A stretch of 64,000 nt of DNA from Torpedo marmorata (GCA_977017645.1 OZ360226.1:140678001-140742000), one strand, 5' to 3'; positions 22,310 through 35,600 are shown, counted from the first letter of the stretch. Notes: a model not told the origin generated them from the letters alone. Numbers and translations are program-made.

Positions 22310-25300
22310 GTGAGAGTTTATTGTCATATTCTTAAGTACAATGTACAGATGCCCAAATTTTTACTTGCTGCAGCACGCAAAATCAGTGTGCTGATGATAC
22401 ACAACAATAGCATGATACACCAGCAGTAGTATAACATAAATTACAATGTGGCATGAGACAGAAAAAGAGGTAATAAATATGAAAGGATAGATAAATATTC
22501 ACAGTTGCAGTTAGTGCAAAAAAATAATGATTCAATAGTTCAGACAGATCCTTTGGTGGTCTTGGAGTAGTTTATGGTTAAGGTAGTTCGGGAAGGTTCA
22601 ACAGCCTGATAGATTTGGGGGAAAAAAAACTGTTCTTGATAGAGGTGCTGCATTTCAGGCTTCTGTACCTTCTGCCTGAAGGTAGCAGAGATCATGACCA
22701 GGGTAAAGGCGTTCCTTTGTGATGTTGGCTGCCTTCTTGAGGCAACGTGTCAAATAGATGTCTTCAATGGTCGATACCCCTGACAGACCTGACCAGATGT
22801 GCTACTTTCTGCAGCCTTAACGTTCCTCTGTACTCGGGTTTCCAAAGTAGGCCGTGATGAAATCAGTCAGTATACTTTCCACTGTACTGGCCACCGACTC
22901 CCGCCTAGGCCCCGGCCGACCGCCTACCAAAGATCCCGACGCCTTGACCGTCAACTCTCACCTAGGCCCCGGCCACCCTCGGGCCGGAGCTTCCTACACC
23001 GACTCTCACCACATGGCTCTTGATGATGCGGACACCACAATCCCAACCTCGCTGCTGGATCCCACAGTATCATCCCCCCTACCACCACTCCTTACCCTTC
23101 CCTATCCCCCTGCACCTCTCCCTACTCTCCCACCTCTCCCACCTCTCCCTACTCTACCCCCATTTCCCCCTCTGAACTCCCCACTTCTTCCCACCCTCAG
23201 ACCCTCATCTCCCCCCCCACTCTCCATTGACCTCCCCCACTTCCCACCTCCCCCCCTGACCTCCCCAACTCTCCACCTCCCCCCTCTGACCTCCCCAACT
23301 CTACACCTCCCCCCTACCTCCCCTTTGACCTGCCCTACCTTCTTCCTCCTCCCTCCTCTGACCTCCCCTACCCTCCACCTCCCCACTCTGACCTCCCCTA
23401 TCTTCCATCTACACCCTCTGACCTCCCTAACCCCCTACCTCCCCCCAACACCCTCCACCACACTGACTTCCACTCTGACCCCTGCTTGGTCTTTACCATC
23501 CACTCGGACCTTCCCCTCTCTGAGATGGAGCGCTCGGTCCTCAGTAGAGGCCTTACCTTCATCTCCCTCCGCCCACACCTTAATGAGTTGCGAGCATGCC
23601 ATGATGCCAAAGACTTCTTCCATCGCCTCTGTCTCCAGGCCTACTTCCACGACCAGAATTCTCCACCCCCCCCCCCCCCCCCCCCCAATTGAAGATGCCT
23701 TCTCCTGCCTTCTCCTCTTGGACACCTTGTCCTGGCCAGCTGCCCACTCTGGACCTTTTATTTCCAATTGCCGCCAAGGCATCAAACCGTCTCAACTTCA
23801 CCACTCCCTCTTTTATTCCAATCTCACCCCCTGCGAATGCTCTGCCTTCCACTCTGTCCGCAACAATCCCAACCTCACTATCAAACCCGCAGACAAGGGT
23901 GGTGCTGTTGTGGTCTGGCGCACTGACCTCTACCTTGCTGAGGCCAGACGACAGCTCTCAGACACCTCCTACTTACCCCTTCCACAGGACCCCACCACAG
24001 CATATCAAGCCACCGTCTCCAACACCATCTCACAGCTCATCGCCTCTGGTTACCTCCCTCTCACGTCCTCAAATCTCATTGTTTCCCAATCCCGCACTGC
24101 CCAGTTCTACCTTTTACCCAAGATCCATAAACCAATTATCCGGATAGACCCATTGTTTCAGTTTGCTCTTGCCCCACCGAACTAGTATTGTCTTACCTCG
24201 ACTCCATCTTTTCTCCCCAGTCCAATCCCTCCTCACTTACATCTGCGATACCTCACATGCCCTCCATCTCTTCAATGGCTTCCAATTCCCTGAATTTGAC
24301 TGCCTCATTTTCACTATGGATGTCCAATCCCTTTATACCTCCATCCCCCATACAGAAGGTCTCAAAGCCCTTTGTTTCTTTCTTGACAAGAGAACTAACC
24401 AGTCACCCTCCACTTGTTCTCGTTCTTAATAACTTCTCCTTTGACTCATCCCACTTGCTTCAAATCAAAGGAGTAGCCATGTGTCCCAGCTATGCCTGCC
24501 TGTTTCTGGGCTTTGTGGCGCAATCCATGTTACAAGCCTACACTGGAAAGGCCCCTCAGCTCTTCCTCCGCTATATTGATGACTACATGGGGGCTGCCTC
24601 ATGCACCTGTGATGAGCTTGTCAACTTCATTCACTTCGCTGCCAACTTCCACCCCATCTCAAATTCACCTGGTCCATCTCTGGCAACACTCTCCCCTTTC
24701 TTGATCTCTCTGTCTCAATCTCCGGAGACAAGCTTTCCACAGACATATTTAACAAACCAACCAACTCCCACAACTACCTCGACTACACTTCCTCACACCC
24801 TGTCCCCTGCAAGGATTCTATTCCCTTCTTGCAATTTCTCCGTCTCCGCCGCATCTGTTCCCAAGATGAGGTCGTCCAGTCCAGATCATCTGAAATGTCC
24901 TCCTTCTTTCACAAACGTGGCTTCCCCTCCACCACCATCAACTCATCCCTCACCCGCATCTCCTCCATTCCTCGCTCATCTGCCCTGGCCCCCTCTGCCC
25001 CCAGACGTAACAAAAACAGGATTCCCCTTGTCCTAACTTACCGCCCCACTAGCCTCCGCATCCAACACATTATCCTCCGTAATTTCCGCCACCTAAAACA
25101 GGATCCCACCACTAGACACATCTTCCCCTCTCTGCCTTGGTAGGGACCGCTCCCTCCGTGACTCCCTCGTCCACTCATCCCTCCCCACCAATTCCCCCCA
25201 CCCCCCCCCCCCCCCGGCACCTTCACCTGTGGCCGCAGGAAGTGCTACACTTGCGCCCACATCTCCTCCCTCACCACCATTCAGGACCCCAAACAGTCCT

Positions 25301-26070
25301 TTCAAGTGAAGCAACACTTCACTTGTGTATCCGCGGGAGTTATCGACTGCATCCGGTGCTCCCTTTGTGGCATTCTCTACATCGGAGAGACTGGGTGCAG
25401 ACCGGGATATCGCTTCGCTGAGCACCTTCGCTCTGTCCACATCAGTGACAGGGATCTTCCAGTGGCCAACCACTTCAATTCCGAGCCCCACACCCATGCT
25501 CAGATGTCTGTCCATGACCTCGTACTATCCCACCAAGACCACCCGTAAATTGGAGGAACAACACTTGATTTTCCGTCTGGGCACTCTCCAACCGAATGGA
25601 ATTAACATTGACTTTTTCAGTTTCTGCTAGCCTACTCTCCGTTCTCCCTCCCTTCCCTTTCCCTTTGTCTTCTTTCCTCCAGCTCTCCACCCCCTTCCAT
25701 CTCCATTCACAGAACCATCACTACTCCCCCTGCTTGCTGATGTGCCCTCCCTCCCTTATCCACCTATTACTTCCTGCCTTTGGGACCGTGCTCCTCCCCC
25801 TGCCCCTCCCCCCCCACCATTTTGTTCGGCACCTGCCGACATCTTTTCATACCTCGATGAAGGGCTCAAGCCTAAAACGGTTATGTATCTTTGTCTTTGC
25901 TCCATAAAGTACACTGTTTGACCAGCTGAGTTTCTCCAGCATTGTGTTTTTACGTACACCTGTAGAAGTTTGTTTTTGATGACATGCCAAATCTCCTCAG
26001 ACCTCTTAGCAAGTAAAGGCATTGGTATGCCTTCTTACAGTTACCTTGAGGTGCTGGTTCCAGGAGAGCA
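22310..26070 (-). mobile_element. Decayed Rex-Babar LINE 3' part (22310-22887 and 25954-26070), split by the Penelope insertion
   Basis: Host rejoins as CTTTCCACTGTAC|ACCTGTAGAAGTTTG, homologous to 45438-45460; GTAC duplicated at both junctions. Confidence 0.7.
22888..25953 (+). mobile_element. Penelope-like retroelement (RT and GIY-YIG endonuclease), frameshifted
   Basis: KPADKGGAVVV, FYLLPKIHK, FTMDVQSLYTSIP, LRYIDD, QFLRLRRICS, CIRC..C..LYIGETG; C-rich 5' region; pLTR-type 3' end with a degenerate hammerhead at about 25848-25885. Confidence 0.92.
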
Positions 26071-26384
26071 CGCTGCTCAAAGTTTCTGAATTCTTTTTAA
26101 CTACCTCTGATAATGTGAGACATTTACAAAAAGCAATTCCAATAAATTAAATAATAACATTGACTGAAAGAAAATTAAAACACTTTAAAATGCTAACAAA
26201 TAATTAAAGTAAAAAACTTGAGCACATAATTGAATCTACCTTTTTCCTGAGTCAGTGGGGGCAATCCAGGGAATATAGATTTTTGAGCTATTGTATTTTC
26301 TGAAATGGAAGTTAAATTTGCCAACCTTTTTATGTATGTAAAGCATGGCTATATTTTACCTTCTTTATGCTGCTTCTATTTCAG

Positions 26385-26665
26385 AATTGCTTGCATCAGT
26401 GTCCCAAGTGTCTATCAGAAACTGAAACAGCTTTGGAATGAAGAATACTCTGCTGTATTGTTGGAATATGACAGGCGGTTTTCTGTTTATGGAAAAGATT
26501 TTTATTTTTATGATTATAACAATCCTCTGAATTTACATGAAGATCTCCATCCTCACAGTTGTGATTTAGTGATTGCTGATCCACCGTATCTCTCAGAAGA
26601 ATGTCTCAGCAAGATTGCACTAACAGTCAAATATCTAACAAAAGGAAAGATTCTTCTTTGTACTG
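26385..26665 (+). CDS. EEF1AKMT1: EEF1AKMT1 coding exon 3 (methyltransferase core, DPPY motif)
   Basis: 281-nt AG/GT exon (R)[13 protein letters not shown]...EYDRRF...YDYNNP...[13 protein letters not shown]...KILLCT(G). Confidence 0.97.
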
Positions 26666-26966
26666 GTATGTGGACTTGCTTTGGTTTACTGAGTTCATAG
26701 CAAAGCACAGATTTAAGAATGCTTCATCAAGATGGATAGTGAAGGAACAGAAATTTTTTTTTTTTACAATGATTTCATTTATAACATTGCTGTAGATCAG
26801 TCGTTCAGAAGCAGTTGAATATAGTCATTCAATATTCCTATTTCTTTATTTTCACTTATGGGATCACTGTTATCAAATCACATTTACTATTTTGAGAGGT
26901 CCACATTGCTCCTGACTTCCCTTTTATCCCTAATCTATTTCTGAGAACAATTTATTCCTCTCTCCC

Positions 26967-28697
26967 AGAGGAACTCAATGCCTTCTACGCCCGATTTGAC
27001 GACAGTAACAGCGAAGAACCACCCCTCCGCACCCCCACGTCCCCTGGCGATCCCACCCTGTCCGTATCTGAGGATGAAGTGCGTGCTGCCTTCAGGAGAG
27101 TGAATCCGAGGAAAGCATCCGGCCTGGATGGAGTACCTGGCCGAGTATTAAAAATCTGTGCTGATCAACTAACCAAGGTATTCATGGATATCTTCAGTAT
27201 CTCACTCCAGCAGGGCATGGTACCCTCCTGTTTCAAACAGGCATCAATCATACCGGTGCCCAAGAAGAGTGCAGTAACCTGCCTTAACGACTATCGACCA
27301 GTAGCACTTACATCAACAGTGATGAAGTGTTTTGAAAGGCTGGTGATGAAGCATATCAGCTCCTGTCTGAGCGGTGACATGGATCCACTCCAGTTCGCCT
27401 ATCGCGGCAACAGGTCTACGGCGGATGCCATCTCACTGGCCCTGGAACACTTGGACAGCAAAGATGCATACATCAGGATGCTCTTTATCCATTACAGTTC
27501 GGCATTTAACACCATCATCCACTCAAAACTGATCAGCAAACTCCAAGACCTGGGAGTTAACACCCCACTGCTTAATTAGATCATGGATTTCCTCACCTCC
27601 AGACCACAATCAGTGAAGATTGGTAAGAACTTCTCCTCCACAATCTCCAACAGTACCGGAGCACCACAGGGCTGTGTTCTTAGCCCCCTGCTCTACTCAC
27701 TTTATACCTATGACTATGTAGCTCGGTATGACAATAACACCATCTACAAATTTGCCAACGATACCATGGTAGTAGGTTGTATAAAGGAAGGGGATGAGTC
27801 AGCATACAGGATGGAGATTGAAAACCTGGCTGAATGGTGCACCAACAACAACCTTGCACTCAATGTCACCAAAACTAAGGAGCTGATTACTGACTTCAGG
27901 AAAGGAAAGGCAGAGGTATACAATCCAGTGATCATTGGGGGATCAGAGATGGAGAGGGTGAGTAAATTTAGGTTCTTGGGAGTCACTATCTCGGAGGATC
28001 TTTCCTGGACCCAACACACCAATGGCATCGTGAAGAAAGCACGTTAGCGCCTCTACTTCCTCAGGAGCTTGCAGAGGTTTGGTATGACACCAGAAACCCT
28101 GTCAAATTTCTACAGATGTGTGGTGCAAAGTATGCTGACCGGCTGCATCACGGTCTGGTATGGGAACACCAATACCCCTGAGCGTAAAGCCCTCCAAAAG
28201 GTAGTGGACACAGCCCAGGACGTTACTGGCAAACCCCTCCCCACTATTGAGTATATCTACAGGGAACGCTGCCGTCGGAGGGCAGCAGCAATCATCAAAG
28301 ACCCACACCACCCAACGCACACTCTGTTCTAACTGCTGCCATCAGGAGAGAGGTATAGGTGCCACAAGACTCGCACCACCAGGTTTAGGAACAGCTGCTA
28401 CCCCTCTACCATCAGAATCCTCAACGACAAAGTCAAATCAGAGACTCATTTAAGGACTCTTACTCGTGCACTTTATTGATTTTTCTTTGCTCTCTCTGTA
28501 TTGCACAGTCAGTTTCATATTTAGTTTCATTCGTTACCTGTTAGCAGTTCTTTTGATTGTTTACATGTTTACGCTGTGTACAGTTACTTTTGCACTACCA
28601 ATTAGTGGTAATTCTGCTGCGCCCGCAGGAAAAAGAATCTCGGTTGTATGTGACGTCATGTATGTACTCTGACAATAAATAAATCTGAAATCTGATA
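26967..28697 (+). mobile_element. 5'-truncated Rex1/Babar-clade LINE
   Basis: ORFs 27079-28332 with [32 protein letters not shown]; 3' end TGACAATAAA...(AATCTGA)n. Confidence 0.88.
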
Positions 28698-29895
28698 TAT
28701 CAGGTGAGTTCCTTAACTTCAAGCATGACGATTTCTGTGAGCTGCTCCAAGCAGATCTTCTTGTATTAATTATAATCGTTCTACCTGCAGTACCTAAGTA
28801 TGGGTTGACCTGCCTGGAAAGCGAGCAAAACAAAGCTTTTCACTTTGGCACAAGAGACGATAAACAATTCAATTCATACATCCATTTGTGGGTTTCATCA
28901 TCCAAAGACCAAATAGATTTATTTTTGTTGGTTCCTTCCCTTCCTGCTGGAAGCCAGACTACCACATCTGTTACCTACAGCACTTGAAGTATCTAAGAGC
29001 TGGAAAATTGCCTAATATTTGATATTTCTTCTGTTAACCATTTTAGGCCAAATGTTTCGCTGCCATCAATTTTGGCAATACTTCCTATCCCAGAAACATA
29101 TTTTGCAACTGAATGTGTAAAAGTCACAAGTTTTGTATTTTGTTAAGCAGCTTTCACTTGTCAAGACAACTGTGCCTTCTCCAGTAGGGTTTCATTCCAT
29201 TCTTTACTGTGGATGTACCATCTTGCTTTTCCCAGAGAATAGTGAGACTGTGGAATTCTCTGCCCAAGGAAGCAGTCGAGGCTACCTCATTAAATATTAC
29301 GCAAGGCAGGGTTAGACAGGTGTTTTGCATAATTGGGAAATTAAGGGTTATGGGGAAAGGCAGGTAGCTGGAGCTGGGTCCACAGCCAGATCTCCCACGA
29401 TCTTAATCAATAGCAGAACAAGTTGAATGGGCCAGATACTCCTGCTCCTATTTCTTATGTTCTTATGTAAATGTAGCCAGAATAAGGGCAGGTTTAGCAG
29501 ACTAAAACTGGGCACAATTATGGCACTGAGAATCAACAGCCATAATATATAATTATCTGTATCAATGATTGTCATCTGTATCAATGATTTAGATGAAAAC
29601 ACACATGCCTAATTAGCAAATTTGCAGATGACACCAAAGTGTCTGGTGTTGTGGATAGTGAAGACTGTTGCCAAAGATTGCAGCAGGATCTTTATTGGTT
29701 GGGTGGATGAATGTTTTTTTAAATTTTAAATTTAGAAAAAAAAACATTCATCTACCCAACCAATAAAGATCCTGCTGCAATCTTTGGCAACAGTCTTCAC
29801 TATCTACAATACCAGACACTTTGCTGTCACCTGCAAATTTGCTAATTAGGCATGTGCGTTTTCATCTAAATCATTAATACAGATGACAATCATTA

Positions 29896-30171
29896 GGTGC
29901 TTTCACACTGCCCCTGAAAGCCGGTATTTAATCGCCTTTTTACCGTTTCACTTAACTGTGTGAACACGACCAACACGGGGAGGTAATTTTCATCCCGGAA
30001 CTTACCCGCCAAGGTAGGTAGTATCAGAGCCGATGCGAAACGCATTGGCTCCAGTGTAAATGTCGCACTGAACCGGCTTTTCTTGGTTCAGTGTGAACGC
30101 TCCGATCTGACCTGGCTTTAAACACGGGTCGTTGACGTGCCAATTTACTGGGATCTCAGTGTGAAAGCACC
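29896..30171. mobile_element. MITE, PIF/Harbinger-like
   Basis: Perfect 15-bp TIR GGTGCTTTCACACTG / CAGTGTGAAAGCACC; internal GTGTGAA repeats; non-coding. Confidence 0.8.
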
Positions 30172-30792
30172 ATAATATAGACGTTTATATATTATGGCTG
30201 ATGATTCTCAGTGCCATAATTGGTTGGGTGGATGATCTTTATTGGTTGGGTGGATGAATGGTTGGTGGAATTTAATGCAGAGAATTTTGAGGTGTTGAAT
30301 TTTGGGAGGTCTAACATGGGTAGGACATCACAGTAAATGGTTTGGATATGGGGAGTGTTGTAGAGCGAAGGGATCTAGGAATACAGGTACGATACCTTAA
30401 AAGTGACATCACAGGTAGGTAGGGTGGTCAAAAAATATTTTCAGCACATTGGCCTTCATCAGTCAGAGTAATGAGTACAGAATTTGGGAGGTCATGTTGC
30501 AATTGCGTAAGATATTGTCAAGGCCCCATTTGGAGTATTGTGTTCAGTTTGGTCACCATGCTGCAGGAAAGATGTTGTCAAACTGGAGAGGGTCCAGAAA
30601 AAATTCATGAGGATGTTGCCAGGGCTCAGGGGGCCTGATTTATAGCGAGTTGAACAGGCTAGGCCTTTATTCCTTGGAGTGCAGGAGGATGAATGATCTC
30701 AAATCCTGAGAGGAATAGATTGGGTGAATGCAGAGTCTTTTGCCCACTTTTACTGTAGTATTGTAGTAGGGAATTGGTAACCAGAGGACATA

Positions 30793-33359
30793 CAGTGCCC
30801 TCCATAATGTTTGGGACAAAGACACTTTTTTCCTTATTTGCCCCTGTGCTCCAGTTTTAAATTTGTAATCAAGCAATTCACATTTAATTAAAGTGCACAT
30901 TCCAGATTTTATTCAAGGTTATTTGTATACATTTTGGTTTGACCATGTAGAAATTATAGCACTTTTTATACATAGTCCCCTCATTTGAAGGCACCATAAT
31001 GTTTTGGACATTTGGCTTCACAGGTGTTTGTGAGTACTCAGGTATGTTTCACGCCGTTATTAAAACATTTGATTAATGCTTGGAATAAGGTTAATGATGA
31101 CATAGGGTTGAAAGGAAGTATATCACCCAAAGTGCCTTTGATACAGAATAATCTTATACCATTTACAAAAGATAATCAATTTTTAAATATTTGGTCACTG
31201 AAAGGAATAAAGAAGATAGAAGATTGTTATGAAGGAAATCAATTGATGTCATTTATACAATTACGGAATAAATATGGAATACCTAATAATACTCTTTTTT
31301 GCTATTTTCAATTAAGAGGTTATTTAAGAGAAAAATTAGGTCCAGATATGTTGTTACAAGATTGTAGTGAGGTAGAAACCCTTATTAGGAAAGGAAATAT
31401 TAAGAAATTTACTTCTATAGTGTATTCTTTGCTACAAAGGGGAGCTTTAAAACGAGGACTTCATAAATCTAGACAAAGATGGGAACAAGATCTTAATGTT
31501 ATAATTGATGAAAAAAGATGGTCGGATTTATGTTTAGATAGTATGACTAATACTGTTAATGTAAGATATAGACTGGTACAATATAATTTTTTACATCAAT
31601 TATATCTTACACCACAAAAATTGAATAAGATAAACTCTACGATATCAAATAGATGTTTTAGATGTGGTGAAGAAGAGGGAACCTTTTTACATTCAACGTG
31701 GTTATGTCCAAAAGTTAAAGATTTTTGGATAGAGTTAGGAAATCGGTTAAAACAAATTACAGGTGTTACATTTCCACAGAATCCTGACTTATTTTTATTG
31801 GGAAATGTGGAAGGAACTAGACCAAAATTGAAGTTATCTACATGGCAATTGAAATTTGTAAAAATTGCATTAGCAGTAGCAAGGAAATGTATAGCAGTAA
31901 CCTGGAAATCGGATACAAATTTAAGTATGGACAGATGGAACTCAGAGATGCGGAGTTGTATTCCATTGGAAAGAATAACATATATATGAGGAATAAATAT
32001 GGGGTATTTTTGCAAATTTGGCGTCCATTTATCCAATTATTAGGTATGAATATTTAAATGTGTTGCTCTGCTGACTCTCTTAAATTTAAAGAATGAATAC
32101 TGTTGAATGTCTCGCACCGAGCCGTGGACCCGTACGGATGTTTTCGATAAATATCAATGTCTTCTCCTCTTTTCTTTTTTCTTTATTTTTAGTAAGGGGA
32201 GGGAGTAAGGGAAGGGAAGGGTGGAGGGTGGGTTGTTTTAGTGAGGGTGGGTTGAGATGGGGTTAGAACCACGGTAATACAAGTTTTGTTTGTATTGGGT
32301 TTATTAATGTTTACTATATATTTTGTACTATTTTGTATTATTGTGAAAAATTTGAAAATTTAAAATAAAATATTTAAAAAAAGGTATGTTTCATTGCTTC
32401 ATTGGTGCAGGTATGAGAGAGCTAGTCTTGCATCTGAGCTTTTGATCACCTTTGGAGTCTGTAGTTGCCATTTTTCAACATGAGGACCAGAGTTGTGCCA
32501 ATGAAAGTCAAAGAAGCAATTATGAGGCTGACAAACAAGAATAAAACAGTAAGAGACGTCACCCAAACCTTAGGATTACCAAAATCAACTGTTTGGAGCA
32601 TCATTAAGAAGAAAGAGCGTACTGGTGAGCTCAGTAATCGCAAAGGAACTGGTATTCCAAGGAAAATCTCCACTACTGATGACAGAAGAATTCTCATCAT
32701 AATGAAGAATAATCCCTAAACGTATGTCCGACAGATTAGAAACACTCTTCAGGAGGCAGGTGTGGATATGTTTGGGGAATTTTCTTCATTATGATGAGAA
32801 TTCTTCTGTTATCAGCAGAGGAGGTCTTCCTTAGAATACCAGTCCCTTTGCGATTACTGAGCTCACCAGTACGTTCTTTCTTCTTAATGATGTTCCAAAC
32901 AGTTGATTTTGGTAATCCTAAGGTTTGGGCGATGTCTCTTACTGTTTTATTCTTGTTTTTCAGCCTTATAATGGCTTTTTTGACTTTCATAGGCACAACT
33001 CTGGTCCTCATGTTGAAAAATGGCAACTACAGACTCCAAAGGTGATCAAAAGCTCAGAAGCAAGCCGAGCTCTCTTATACCTGCACCAATGACGCAATTA
33101 AACATACCTGAGTACTCACAAACACCTGTGAAGCCAAATGTCCCAAACATTATGGTGCCCTGAAATGGGGGGGACTATGTATAAAAAGTGCTGCAATTTC
33201 TACATGGTCAAACCAAAATGTATACAAATAACCTTGAATAAAATCTGGAATATGCACTGTAATTGCATGTAAATTGTTTGATTACAAATTGAAAACTGTG
33301 GAGCACAGGGGCAAATAAAGGAAAAAAGTGTCTTTGTCCCAAACATTATGGAGGTCACT
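30793..33359. mobile_element. Non-autonomous fold-back Tc1 element built from two inverted 5' halves
   Basis: TA-flanked CAGTGCCCTCCATAATGTTTGGGACA terminus and its inverse; transposase N-terminal HTH present twice in opposite orientation (32465-32719 + and 32736-33026 -). Confidence 0.88.
31052..32381 (+). mobile_element. 5'-truncated L1/Tx1 inserted in the left Tc1 arm
   Basis: ORF to 31989 homologous to the C-terminus of 2452-5136; 12-bp TSD AGGTATGTTTCA (31040-31051 / 32382-32393). Confidence 0.92.
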
Positions 33360-33679
33360 AGGTTTAAGGTGAAGGGGATAAGATTTAACAGGGTCCTGAG
33401 GGGTAACCTTTTTACACAAAGAGTGGTGAGTGTATGGAATGGACTGCCGGAGGTAGTTGGGGTAGGTACTTTTGCAACGATTAAGAACAAAATTGGATGG
33501 ATGGGTTTAGAGGGTTATGGACCAAATGCAGACAGGGCAGACTAGTGTGGCTGGAACATTCTGGTCAGCATGGGCAAGTTGGGCTGAAGGGCTTGTTTCC
33601 ATGCTGTATGACTCTTAATAGTATTTAAAAGGCAGTAAAGCAATGTAAACTTAATAATTATTACTGCATAAGTAAATAA

Positions 33680-33886
33680 CAGTATAACCCCTGGTATCCA
33701 GCACCTATGGGGATTGGTAGATGCCGGATAAATGAATTTTCCGGTTACTTGAGATTGCGTGTTGCATGATTGGCGAACTGACGGCGAGGAGCTCCAATTT
33801 TAAACTTCCGTACTTTTTACCTACCGGTATTTATTTTCCGCAATTCTTTTGCCGGTTGCTTGAATTCCGGATAATGGGTTTTACTG
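33680..33886. mobile_element. Short Tc1/mariner (pogo/Tigger-like) MITE
   Basis: CAGTATAACCCCTGGTATCC...GGATAATGGGTTTTACTG termini; shares ends with 38294-38883. Confidence 0.72.
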
Positions 33887-34132
33887 TGGTATGCTAAGGT
33901 TTACAGATAATTTCCCAAAACTTTATCAATTTGGCAGGTATTAACTGATGTCAACTGGGATAGTGAAGAGTACTCCAATTAACATCAGTGGCACTCAATA
34001 GGAAAAGGAGGGGTGAAATCAGACAGGAGGAAATTGTTAAATGATGGCTGAAATTGTTAAATAGTCTATAAAAATTTGTAGACTAGAAAATCATGTGAAT
34101 GAAGTATCAGTGATATGTCATTTCTTTTTCAG

Positions 34133-34275
34133 GTGCAGTTATGGAAGACCTGGCAGCAAACTTAATTTCAGTAAAAATGTGTCAATTTCACCCAGAGCAC
34201 AATAACAATTTAGCAAATGCATTTTGCTGTTACACAAACTACATGTCTGGATTAGATTCGTCCACTATACATTAA
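34133..34275 (+). CDS. EEF1AKMT1: EEF1AKMT1 last coding exon
   Basis: (G)AVMEDLAANLISVKMCQFHPEHNNNLANAFCCYTNYMSGLDSSTIH*; exons total 138+83+281+143 = 645 nt = 214 aa plus stop. Confidence 0.95.
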
Positions 34276-34872
34276 TGTCTTAAATGGAAAATGCATGGCT
34301 GTATTATGCATTAAGTTGAAAGGCACTGATTTATAAAAGAGTTCTGATTGTGTCCTTAATCACAGAGTTTTTATGTTATCTATTAAAATAACTGTCCGAC
34401 GTGTGGGCTGCAGACATGTTTTGTTTTGATCTTACAACCGTACAAAAATTGGTTTCCTTGGTGGAAGAAGACATTGAATTGTAATGATTTTTTTCGTCAG
34501 GTCCTCATTGTTAACTGATGTATCCCTTCCAAAAGAATAGTAGGTGCACACTGGACCATGGAAGTTTCTTAATGTCTGTACCCAGTATCATTTGCAATAA
34601 TTTGGGAACAGATTGATGTTGGTTTATTTTAAAAAAGTATATACTGCTATGTACCGGTATGTTGCTGAAATCTGATACCTTAAGTGGTGTCAGAGAATAA
34701 GTTTACTTACGTGTTTTGCTCATTGAAAGACTTGGACACGTGCTATGTTAAGATTTGTTTTTAGGCAAAGTTATCTAAAAGAGATTAACTTCCATGATGG
34801 TCCCAAACTGAGAAGAGGGAAAGTCCTCTGACAAGGTATGCATCTATATTTAATTATAATGTGACATAATTT

Positions 34873-35600
34873 AATGTGATGAGGGTAATAAAGTTGATAT
34901 AAATAAGAACCTCCAAAAATGTTCTCGAAAGGGGTCGAGTGGCGACGGCAGCCGAGGACCGTACGGAGGACGGTGGCAGTGGAGCTCGGAGGACGGGGTT
35001 GCGACCTCTTCCACGCAAGTACTCAGAGGTTCTGCGACTGAGAGGACTCGAGTACGCTGCGGAGACCAGGTCGCAGTGGCACTGCGGGGTGCGATGTTGG
35101 AGGGAGACGGAAGTTTTCCCCTTCTGGACATGGGCGCTGAACCCTACAGAACTCTGGGTTAAATGAACTGGGGGTGGTTCTGTGCTGTGAAGTTTTGTTG
35201 TGGTATCGAGCCTATTGTCCGACCCTACAGTTTGTAGTATTGTAGTCACTGTATAGTAACAAGGATGGGTTATTCGTGTATGGGGTGTCCCTTGTGGATT
35301 ATTGTGTGTTTAGTGTGTCCTTACTGCGAGCGTGTTTAAGATGGCGGCGGCTGGACCTGGTTGTTTGTTTTGTCTGGCGCCCATGCTGGCTGCTTGCCTG
35401 CTGGGGATGGTGGCGCGTTAATCCGCAGCAGCTTCCTCGACAGGTTGAGTGGTGGGCAGGGGCTGTTTTGGTTAGTCTTGTTTTGTTTGTCAGCAGGCAT
35501 CGTCTTGGCCTTGTCTCGTGTTTTATGGGCACTGTCTGGGAAAACTCAATTTCGTTTTACTCTGTAAGTAGTGTAAAATGACAAATAAATGATTCTGAGT
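34873..35600 (+). mobile_element. Unclassified CpG-rich non-coding element with a LINE-type 3' tail
   Basis: Sharp GC/CpG rise in AT-rich DNA; ends ATGACAAATAAATGATTCTGA; possible imperfect TSD TGTGACA(TA)ATTT. Confidence 0.5.

Larger units (their letters stand above)
29490..33613 (+). mobile_element. Old CR1 LINE disrupted by an inverted duplication, a MITE and a Tc1 element
   Basis: KFADDTK at about 29619; LEYCVQFW-like sequence at about 30530; host rejoins ACCAGAGGACA-TA-GGTTTAAGG across the Tc1. Confidence 0.78.

Noticed and set aside
22854-24185. 443-aa Pro-rich ORF that looks like a novel gene
   Set aside because: It is the C-rich 5' region and frameshifted RT start of the Penelope element
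26305-26384. N-terminal extension of ORF 26305-26700
   Set aside because: Intronic read-through upstream of the true acceptor at 26384; the same applies to the extensions of the IFT88 exon ORFs
34854-35581. ORFs in the intergenic GC-rich block as an IL17D remnant or new gene
   Set aside because: No IL-17 cysteine pattern, signal peptide or convincing splice structure; open frames are expected from the GC content
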